NCBI GenBank assembly: GCA_003131925.1 | Contig: PKWC01000255.1 | Coordinates: 3,973 to 39,467, forward strand | Direction of reading: 5' to 3' | DNA: 35,495 nucleotides | Origin: Alphaproteobacteria bacterium | GTDB lineage: Bacteria; Pseudomonadota; Alphaproteobacteria; Micropepsales; Micropepsaceae | In this document: piece by piece, positions 1 to 8,191 of the stretch | Layout: every line of letters starts with the position of its first letter | How positions within the stretch are numbered: the stretch's first letter is position 1 | Translations under genes and position numbers: made by a program | The notes under the pieces: model-generated | Told to the model about the DNA's origin: nothing | The model's input: only the letters and a program-made list of their open reading frames with translations | The model's database searches: none

Positions 1-193
1 CGAAAGCGGGGACCCAGATGTACGGTACTGCGAGAGAAGTTCGTCACAGATTCTCGTTTGCAGGCGCCCTTCGATCTGCGGCTGCAGCTGATCAAAAGGT
101 GCAAACCGGATTCGAACAAACTATTCGATATCGTTCTTTGAATATACTTCGCAACGCCGTTCATCTGGGTCCCCGCTTTCGCGGGGATGACAC
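1..193. repeat. REP/REPIN-like element: two inverted REP-type palindromic units around a lower-GC spacer; left unit cut by the window start
   Basis: 1-20 (CGAAAGCGGGGACCCAGATG) is the exact reverse complement of 162-181, and the match extends to 29/33 nt (1-33 vs 149-181). The right unit contains the hairpin TCCCCGC-TTTC-GCGGGGA (170-187) followed by TGACAC. Confidence 0.75.
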
Positions 194-292
194 GCTTTTG
201 GGCGGGAGAAGGCGTTAGCTCGGCGCCTATGCGCTTGCGCGGGCCATGACGATAAAGATTGGAATCGCTTCTCAACGACCTTTTCATCGCGC

Positions 293-1627
293 TCAGTCCA
301 TGAACAACGTGGCGGGATGCTCGAGCAGCGCTTTGAGTTTCTGGATGAATTCCGCCGCGTCGTAACCGTCGACGACGCGATGGTCGAACGATGAAGACAG
401 GTTCATCATCTTGCGCACGACGATCTGTCCCTCGCGAACAACCGGGCGCTCGACGATCGCATTCGGCCCGATGATGGCGACTTCCGGACGATTGATGACC
501 GGGGTGGTGACGACGCCGCCCAGCGCGCCGAGACTGGTGATAGTGATCGTCGATCCGGTCAACTCCTCGCGAGACGCTTTGCCGTCGCGCGTGAGTTGCG
601 CCAGCCGTGCCACTTCCGCGGCCGCCTGCCAGATATCGAGCGCTTCGGCATGGCGCACGACCGGCACGATCAACCCGTTCGCGGTCTGGGTCGCGATGCC
701 GATATGCACGCCGGCATGACGATGAACAATTCCGGCCTCGTCGTCGAAGCGCGCATTGATCTGCGGCCAGAACGGAAGCACGCGCACCAGTCCCCGCATC
801 AGGAACGGCAACAGCGAAAGTTTGGGCTGCCCTTCCGCCCGCGTTCGATTCAGATACGCGCGCAGATTCTCCAATTCCGTCATGTCGATTTCCTCGACAT
901 AGGCAAAATGGGGAATGTGCCGCTTCGATTCCTGCATCTTCTCCGCGATCTTGCGGCGGAGCCCGATCACCTTGATCTCTTCGACGCCTTCGCGCTGGGC
1001 ATATCCGCCACGCACATTCGCAATGCGCCCCCCCGAGGCGAGGAACGCATCGAGATCGGCGTGCTCGATGCGGCCGGCTGGTCCGGTGCCGGGCACAAAG
1101 GGCAGGGAGATCCCCATCTCCTCCGCGCGCTGGCGAACCGCGGGTGAGGCGAGCGGTTTTGTTCCGGGTGCGCGCGTTGCGAAGGCTGCCGCAGGCGCGG
1201 GCGCCGATTTTGCGGCCCGTTTCCCCTCCGGCCCCTCGCGCCCGGAGATCTTTGCGGCGCTCGCCCGCTCATTGTGTTCGCGCGCGCCCGCCACATCGCG
1301 AGCGGCCTTTTCCTTCTCGACCCCTTTCTCCGGTTGGGCGGGGGAAGACTTTGCAGCGATTGCAGTTGCCTCGGCATTGCCGGCGCCTTCGACGTCCAGC
1401 TCCACGAGGGGCGCACCGACCGTCGCCATTTCGCCCGGCGCACCGTGCAGGGACACGACGACACCCGTCACCGGCGAGGTCATCTCGACCGTCGCCTTGT
1501 CGGTCATGACGTCGACGAGCTGCTGGTCTTCCTCGATGCGGTCTCCGACCGCGATATGCCAGGCCACGATCTCGGCCTCGACCGTTCCTTCGCCGACATC
1601 CGGCAGCTTGAACACGTAGCGTCCCAT
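293..1627 (-). CDS. bkdB: Dihydrolipoamide acyltransferase (E2) of branched-chain 2-oxo acid dehydrogenase
   Basis: Lipoyl domain (VMTDKATVE), Ala/Pro-rich linker, subunit-binding domain (ASPAVR...GTGPAGRI) and catalytic SFDHRVVDG motif. Lies directly downstream of E1 beta. Confidence 0.95.
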   Translation of the reverse strand: MGRYVFKLPDVGEGTVEAEIVAWHIAVGDRIEEDQQLVDVMTDKATVEMTSPVTGVVVSLHGAPGEMATVGAPLVELDVEGAGNAEATAIAAKSSPAQPEKGVEKEKAARDVAGAREHNERASAAKISGREGPEGKRAAKSAPAPAAAFATRAPGTKPLASPAVRQRAEEMGISLPFVPGTGPAGRIEHADLDAFLASGGRIANVRGGYAQREGVEEIKVIGLRRKIAEKMQESKRHIPHFAYVEEIDMTELENLRAYLNRTRAEGQPKLSLLPFLMRGLVRVLPFWPQINARFDDEAGIVHRHAGVHIGIATQTANGLIVPVVRHAEALDIWQAAAEVARLAQLTRDGKASREELTGSTITITSLGALGGVVTTPVINRPEVAIIGPNAIVERPVVREGQIVVRKMMNLSSSFDHRVVDGYDAAEFIQKLKALLEHPATLFMD

Positions 1628-1628
1628 C

Positions 1629-2642
1629 TCAGCCCCCCATCGCGCGGCGCATCGCTTCGATCAATCGCGCAGGCCCCGGAAAGTATTGCCATTCGAACGC
1701 ATGAGGATAGGGCGTGTCCCAGCCCGTCACGCGCTCGATCGGCGCCTCGAGATGATAGAAGCAGTTTTCCTGCACGAGAGCGGAAAGCTCGGCGCCGAAG
1801 CCGGCGGTGCGCGTGGCCTCATGCACAATCACGCAGCGTCCCGTCTTCTCGACCGATTGCACGATCGTCTCCACGTCGAGCGGCACGAGCGTTCGCAGGT
1901 CGATCACTTCCGCGTCGATGCCGCTCTCGTTTGCGGCGGCAAGCCCGACATGCACCATCGTTCCATAGGCAAGTAGCGTGAGATCGCTTCCTTTGCGCAG
2001 GATCGCGGCGTTGCCGAGCGGCACTTTGTAGTAATCCTCGGGAACTTCACTCGCCGGATGCTTGGACCAGGGCGACACGGGACGGTCGTGATGGCCATCG
2101 AAGGGCCCGTTATAGATTCGTTTTGGTTCCAGAAAGATCACCGGATCGTCGTCCTCGATGGAACTGATCAGGAGCCCTTTCGCATCGTAGGGTGTCGACG
2201 GGATCACCGTTTTCAATCCTGCCACATGGGCGAACAATGCTTCCGGGCTCTGACTGTGAGTCTGGCCGCCGAAAATCCCGCCGCCGTAAGGTGTGCGAAT
2301 GGTGATCGGCGCGGTGAAATCGCCTGCGGACCTGTAGCGCAGGCGCGCTGCTTCGGAGACGATCTGATCGAATGCCGGATAGATATAGTCGGCGAACTGT
2401 ATCTCGACGATAGGGCGCAGTCCGTAAGCGCCCATCCCGATCGCCGCGGCGACGATTCCGCCTTCGCCGATCGGGGTGTCAAAACAGCGTGTGAGCCCGT
2501 ATTTTTTCTGCAGACCGTCCGTCGCGCGGAACACGCCGCCGAAATAGCCGACATCCTCGCCGAAGACGAGAACGTCGGGATCGCGCCCCATCATCACGTC
2601 CATCGCCGAGTTGAGCGCCTGGATCATGTTCATCGTCGCCAT
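1629..2642 (-). CDS. bkdA2: Branched-chain 2-oxo acid dehydrogenase E1 beta subunit
   Basis: Starts MATMNMIQALNSAMD at ATG 2642 (track start 2834 is an over-extension). Motifs GEDVGYFGGVF, EIQFADYIYPA, GGQTHSQSPE. Confidence 0.95.
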   Translation of the reverse strand: MATMNMIQALNSAMDVMMGRDPDVLVFGEDVGYFGGVFRATDGLQKKYGLTRCFDTPIGEGGIVAAAIGMGAYGLRPIVEIQFADYIYPAFDQIVSEAARLRYRSAGDFTAPITIRTPYGGGIFGGQTHSQSPEALFAHVAGLKTVIPSTPYDAKGLLISSIEDDDPVIFLEPKRIYNGPFDGHHDRPVSPWSKHPASEVPEDYYKVPLGNAAILRKGSDLTLLAYGTMVHVGLAAANESGIDAEVIDLRTLVPLDVETIVQSVEKTGRCVIVHEATRTAGFGAELSALVQENCFYHLEAPIERVTGWDTPYPHAFEWQYFPGPARLIEAMRRAMGG

Positions 2643-2644
2643 GC

Positions 2645-3946
<1,302 letters not shown>

Positions 3947-4095
3947 TCACGCGGCGTCAAGCAGGGTGCCTGTCTTCGCAGCCGCGGAATCAGCGGGCGA
4001 ACGGCGCAGCCAGCCGCACACCAGCGTTCCATGTCGGCCTCATCGACCGGCAGCAGGCAGGATGGGTGCACCGTAACAGTGACGGTTCGCCGCGC

Positions 4096-4710
4096 TCACG
4101 ATGGGGCTGAAGCAGGTTTCGCGTCGCGTTGCATCATTCTCTGAAAGGCAGGCCGGGACGTGATGCGGCCGGTATATGCCTTGAGCACCGGCGTCTCGGC
4201 GACCAGCTTCGCCATCATCATGAAATTGAGGCCGCCGCCCAGGAGAATATCGAGAGCCGAGAATTCGTCGCCGAGGAAATAGTTGCGCGACGACAGATGC
4301 GCGTTCAATACTTCTTCGACCTCCTGCGCCGGCGCCCATCCCATCGCGCCGTAGACGTGCTTGATATCAAAGCGCCGGCAGATCAGGGCCGGCTCCATCA
4401 CGCCCGGACGATAGGCAAGCCAGGAGAGATATTCGCCGCGTTTGGGCTCACCCGCGGCGGGACCCATTCTTTGTTTCCGGTACTTGTCGGTGAGATAAAG
4501 TGCAATCGCGCTGCTTTCGAAGACGACGTCGTCCCCGTCCGTCAGCGCGGGCACTTTGCCGTGCGGATGCGGATTGACCGGGTCGCGGGCGCCGCTGCCG
4601 TCCGCGCGGCGAAAATCCACGATTCTGGTTGCGTAAGGAACGCCGAGCTCCTCGAGCAACCAGACGATGCTTGCCGAACGGGTCATCGGCGAGTGGTAGA
4701 GTGTGATCAT
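4096..4710 (-). CDS. Glutathione S-transferase family protein
   Basis: MITLYHSPMTRSASIVWLLEELGVPY N-terminus, NPHPHGKVPAL, ESSAIALYL and YFLGDEFSALDI. Start set at ATG 4710. Confidence 0.9.
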   Translation of the reverse strand: MITLYHSPMTRSASIVWLLEELGVPYATRIVDFRRADGSGARDPVNPHPHGKVPALTDGDDVVFESSAIALYLTDKYRKQRMGPAAGEPKRGEYLSWLAYRPGVMEPALICRRFDIKHVYGAMGWAPAQEVEEVLNAHLSSRNYFLGDEFSALDILLGGGLNFMMMAKLVAETPVLKAYTGRITSRPAFQRMMQRDAKPASAPS

Positions 4711-4742
4711 GAAAGTTCCTGATGTCCCGAGGGAGACGCATC

Positions 4743-5192
4743 TCAACGGCGCTTTTTGCTCTTAGGGGATTTCTTAGCAGGCTTTTTCTTCGCGGCTTTG
4801 CGCGCGGCGGGCTTGTTTGCGGCGCGTTTCTTCGGAGGCTCGGCGGCGCCATGTGTCGGCCGCTTGTGGTGAGGCTGATAGACGCCGAGCGTGCCGCCGC
4901 CCGGTAGGGTAATCTCCGTCACGGTTCCCCAGCTCTGGCGCTGCGGCGTCGAGAAGGGGATGCCGTGCTTAGTCATATCGGCCGTGAAGCGCGCGATGTC
5001 GTCGCACATCAGATAGAGCTGGTGCACGCTATTGCGGTCGGACCCATGTATCGCCACTTCGGCCGGTGGCACGGCGAAGATGCGAAATCCGCCGCCGGCG
5101 TCCACGGATGAGAGTTTCAGAACGTCCGAGAAAAATGTCTTGTCCGCTGAGTCGTTGGTGCTCTGAAGCATGATGTGTGCGCCGATGATCAT
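4743..5192 (-). CDS. VOC (glyoxalase/bleomycin-resistance/extradiol dioxygenase) family protein with Lys/Ala/Pro-rich basic C-terminal tail
   Basis: From ATG 5192: MIIGAHIML...FFSDVL...HQLYLMCDDI...QSWGTVTEITLPGGGTLGVYQP, a VOC-type pattern, then a low-complexity basic tail. Confidence 0.75.
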   Translation of the reverse strand: MIIGAHIMLQSTNDSADKTFFSDVLKLSSVDAGGGFRIFAVPPAEVAIHGSDRNSVHQLYLMCDDIARFTADMTKHGIPFSTPQRQSWGTVTEITLPGGGTLGVYQPHHKRPTHGAAEPPKKRAANKPAARKAAKKKPAKKSPKSKKRR

Positions 5193-5254
5193 GGAACCGT
5201 CCCCTGTGCTGCACCCCGATGCTGCCACAAATCCTGCGACGGCGCATCGGTCCT

Positions 5255-5587
5255 TTACCGGCAGTCTGCGATCTCGAAATAGACTGGATGATGGCTGCGG
5301 CAGCCGGGATTGAACAGCGCCCCACAGGCCGGGCATGCATTCGCGCATTCGAGGGACTGACGGACCGTCAATACCGCTCCACAAACACCGCACAGCACCG
5401 CGCGCTCGTTCCATTCGCTGCGTGGCCAAGTCTCGATCGCGTGGCCGGCCAAAGCGTCGTGACAATCCTTGCAGGCGTAATAGATGCCGCAACACTTCAT
5501 CTTGACGGCGACCACATCCCGCCGCGAGCGGTAGTGGGTGCAGCGCGTCTGCGCATCGACACCGCGGCCGCGAACGGAAGGATGCAC
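5255..5587 (-). CDS. CHY-type zinc-finger protein
   Basis: RCTHY...KCC...ACKDCH...CGVC...CPAC...FNPGCRSHH Cys/His pattern. GTG at 5587 follows GAAGGG, just after the upstream stop; start uncertain. Confidence 0.8.
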   Translation of the reverse strand: MHPSVRGRGVDAQTRCTHYRSRRDVVAVKMKCCGIYYACKDCHDALAGHAIETWPRSEWNERAVLCGVCGAVLTVRQSLECANACPACGALFNPGCRSHHPVYFEIADCR

Positions 5588-5600
5588 CCCTTCCGCAGTC

Positions 5601-6182
5601 TCAGTAGCCTCGCTCGACACTGCCGCCGCCCTCTACCGCTTCCGTGAGCTTGGGGGCGCCCCAATACCTGATCTTGCCACCGCCGTTGATGGCCGCTGTC
5701 AATTCGCGCTGCGCATTCACAAGAATGCGCCCGCCGCCATCGACCGCTGCCGTCGCTCCTTCGCTGCTCATCGCACGCACATCGATCGTACCACCGCCAT
5801 CCACGGCCAAAGTGAGTTGGTGCCTGGACGGGAAATCGCCACCGCTCTCGATTCGCCCGCCGCCGGACACGGCGAGAGTATCGATGCCTGGAGTGGTTAT
5901 TTCGACCTCGAGCTCATAATTGTGCGGGCAATCATTGTTGCAGGCTTCTATTCGAAGCTTGTGCGGCTGGCTGCTCTCCACGATGAAGCGCGTGAACCGG
6001 GTGCTCCCCTTGAGCAGCCGGACCTGCTGGGCGCTTCCGTGCCTGAGCGTCACATGCCCGCCGCCTTCCAGTTCGATCGCGTTGAATGCGGGCGTGGGAA
6101 CAATCGTCTGCGCGGCGACCGGCAGCGCGACCAGGCACGCGGCAAGAGAGACAAGCAACGCCCGTGATCGATCGGTTTCCAT
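5601..6182 (-). CDS. Secreted GIN-domain (DUF2807-like) beta-helix protein
   Basis: Signal peptide (ALLVSLAACLVALPVAA/Q) and repeated units LAVSGGGRI, LAVDGGGTI, AAVDGGGRI, AAINGGGKI, EAVEGGGSV. RBS GGGAGG before ATG 6182. Confidence 0.8.
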   Translation of the reverse strand: METDRSRALLVSLAACLVALPVAAQTIVPTPAFNAIELEGGGHVTLRHGSAQQVRLLKGSTRFTRFIVESSQPHKLRIEACNNDCPHNYELEVEITTPGIDTLAVSGGGRIESGGDFPSRHQLTLAVDGGGTIDVRAMSSEGATAAVDGGGRILVNAQRELTAAINGGGKIRYWGAPKLTEAVEGGGSVERGY

Positions 6183-6369
6183 GATGGGACCCTCCCTGTA
6201 TTGGATCCCCCTCACCATAGCGCCGGCGCGCTAGTTTGATCGCATGCCGAATCCGGCACCCTCCCATGAAATCAAGGCCAAATCACGCCGTCAGGCCGAG
6301 GGTGAAATGCAGGCCCCATGCCGAGCCCGTCGAGCGTTGCTTCAACACACTCGGCATGAGGCGGATGGT

Positions 6370-7356
6370 CTACGGCGTCGCGTAATCGAGCTTGATGCCG
6401 AGGACGTTTCCGTTCCTGTTTCGCGCCCCCGTGTCGAGTGCCGGATCGGCGAAGAGCGTCCTGCCATTGCTGTAACTGTCGTAGTCATAGGTTGCGGCGA
6501 GCACCACAGCATTCGGTACGAGATGATAGTTCAGCGCGAAGCGCAGTGACGTTTCATCGCCCGGCTCGGTGACGCGGGCAACGCCATTGGCGACGTTGAC
6601 CGAGTTCACGTTGGAACTGAAGGTGTGATCGATTCCCGCGTTCACCGAGAACAGATCCGCAAGGCGGGTCTGCGTCGCAAGAGAGAGTTCGCTGTTGTTG
6701 TAGCTCCCGTCCTCCAGAGTGTCTCCATCGGCGAGATTGAGGTGGTTGCTGGTGCCGAAGAAGTTTTCCGTGAACGCGCCCCGAATTGTGAAGCTCCGGG
6801 TTTCGTAGCCGACCGCCGCACCTGCGGCGCCCGATTGGCCGCCGCGCGCCACGGTTCCATCTTCCACTGCGGATGCCGTCTGCGCATTGATCAAGTCTGG
6901 CGTATAGGACCCAAAGAGGTCGAAGCTGACGGGCCAAGCGTTCTGGCCGAGCGCGCGCCAGGTCGCGCCGAATGTCGGATCGCTGAAGCCGGAGCTGTCG
7001 AAACTCGTTACTCGCCCGTCTGCACCGTCCCCTTCGCGAAAGGTGCGCGGGACATATTGCACGGAGCCGTTTACACTCAGATCGTCCGTGATGCCGTAGG
7101 CGAGAGTCTGCCCGATCACGTTCGAGTTGATATGGAAAGACGAAATCTGGTCGCCAGCCGCATTGACTCCGCTGCCATTGATCCAGCCATGCGAGTAGGC
7201 AGTACTACCCTCAATCTGCCCGGCAAGCGGCAGATAATTCGGGTCGGACAGGATGCGGCTCGTATCGGGTGTCAGATCCAGCGCCTGCGCATGGGCCTGA
7301 AGGGGAATACAAAGCAGTGCGGCTCCGGCCGCAAATCTCGCCAATCGGTCAGTCAC
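6370..7356 (-). CDS. Putative outer-membrane beta-barrel protein, possibly phenol-MetA-pathway/transporter-like
   Basis: AAGGAG RBS before GTG 7356; signal peptide ending AHA/Q; alternating amphipathic strands (TLAYGITDDLSVNGSVQY, GFSDPTFGATWR, SLRFALNY, LGIKLDY). Family call is tentative. Confidence 0.55.
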   Translation of the reverse strand: MTDRLARFAAGAALLCIPLQAHAQALDLTPDTSRILSDPNYLPLAGQIEGSTAYSHGWINGSGVNAAGDQISSFHINSNVIGQTLAYGITDDLSVNGSVQYVPRTFREGDGADGRVTSFDSSGFSDPTFGATWRALGQNAWPVSFDLFGSYTPDLINAQTASAVEDGTVARGGQSGAAGAAVGYETRSFTIRGAFTENFFGTSNHLNLADGDTLEDGSYNNSELSLATQTRLADLFSVNAGIDHTFSSNVNSVNVANGVARVTEPGDETSLRFALNYHLVPNAVVLAATYDYDSYSNGRTLFADPALDTGARNRNGNVLGIKLDYATP

Positions 7357-7563
7357 GGCAACGGACTCCTTTTGCAAATGGGCAACAGCCCGGCTTTCCC
7401 CCCGTTGCTCGATATCGCGCGACACCGCGCGCACGAATGATCTGGATTTCGAAAGACTTCCCCTCCTTCGACTCCCCGCTGGGTTACATGGATAAAGGTT
7501 GAATGGCGTCACCTGAACGGCAGATGAATGAACAAACTTGTGAGACGTGGCCTGACATCGCGC

Positions 7564-7594
7564 AAAAAAAAGGCCGCGGGATTTCCGCGGCCTT
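7564..7594 (-). terminator. Rho-independent terminator
   Basis: On the minus strand: perfect 10-bp stem AAGGCCGCGG/CCGCGGCCTT with a 5-nt loop, running into an 8-T tract, 18 nt downstream of the stop at 7613. Confidence 0.85.
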
Positions 7595-7612
7595 GTCGAC
7601 TCCGGCTACGTG

Positions 7613-7930
7613 TCAGCCGGGAAAATCGTCGTCATAGTCGTGGTCGTAGTCGTTGTAGTAGGTGTAACCCGGGGCCACATAGGTGTCCGGATAGGAGTAG
7701 TCGTAGGTGCGCGTATAGCCGTAAGGCAGCGCACGGTCATAGTCGTGCCGCTCGAAATACCCGATGCGGAAACAGTCGCCTCCGAAGTCGTTGCATCGCA
7801 GTCGCACGCAATCGTCGCCTGTACAGCGCGTCTTGATCGTGTCCGCCAATGCGGAACTGCTCGCCGCGCCGGCCACTCCCAATCCCAACAACGCCGCGAT
7901 TGCCGTGATCTTCAACGCATTTGCTAACAT
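7613..7930 (-). CDS. Small secreted hypothetical protein (4 Cys, Tyr/Asp-rich tail)
   Basis: GCAGGAG RBS before ATG 7930; signal peptide ending ALA/D; its own downstream terminator; coherent 105-aa product. Confidence 0.75.
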   Translation of the reverse strand: MLANALKITAIAALLGLGVAGAASSSALADTIKTRCTGDDCVRLRCNDFGGDCFRIGYFERHDYDRALPYGYTRTYDYSYPDTYVAPGYTYYNDYDHDYDDDFPG

Positions 7931-8064
7931 GATCGTCTCCTGCAGTTGCAGTCCAACCCTCCGCTGGACACGTTGGTTGTGCGCGGCAGCGACCGCGTCT
8001 TTGCGCGTCTCGCAATTCTCGGCTCGTGCGAAGCTGCGCGAGCCTTGCCGCATCCGTCTAAGCT

Positions 8065-8089
8065 AATGAGCGGCGAAGCAGAGAGTTCC
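8065..8089 (-). promoter_or_regulatory. Candidate EcfG/SigT/RpoE2-type (general stress response) promoter
   Basis: Minus strand GGAAC-N16-CATT in the intergenic region upstream of the 7613-7930 gene, matching the alphaproteobacterial GGAAC-N16/17-C(G/A)TT consensus. Confidence 0.4.
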
Positions 8090-8191
8090 TCTGCCGCCCT
8101 GCGCTAAGCCAAGGAAATTGCTTGCGAATTGTTGGCCGCGAGAAGGCCCGAATTGCGTCTCAATTGCGGCACCAGTCGCAACGCGGTGAAC

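Noticed and set aside
18-218. 66-aa ORF within the repeat element
   Set aside because: No RBS or motif, and it spans the REP hairpin. More simply explained as non-coding repeat sequence.
4743-5495. 250-aa version of the VOC protein
   Set aside because: The extension overlaps the CHY gene in another frame. The family-like sequence starts at MIIGAH (5192).
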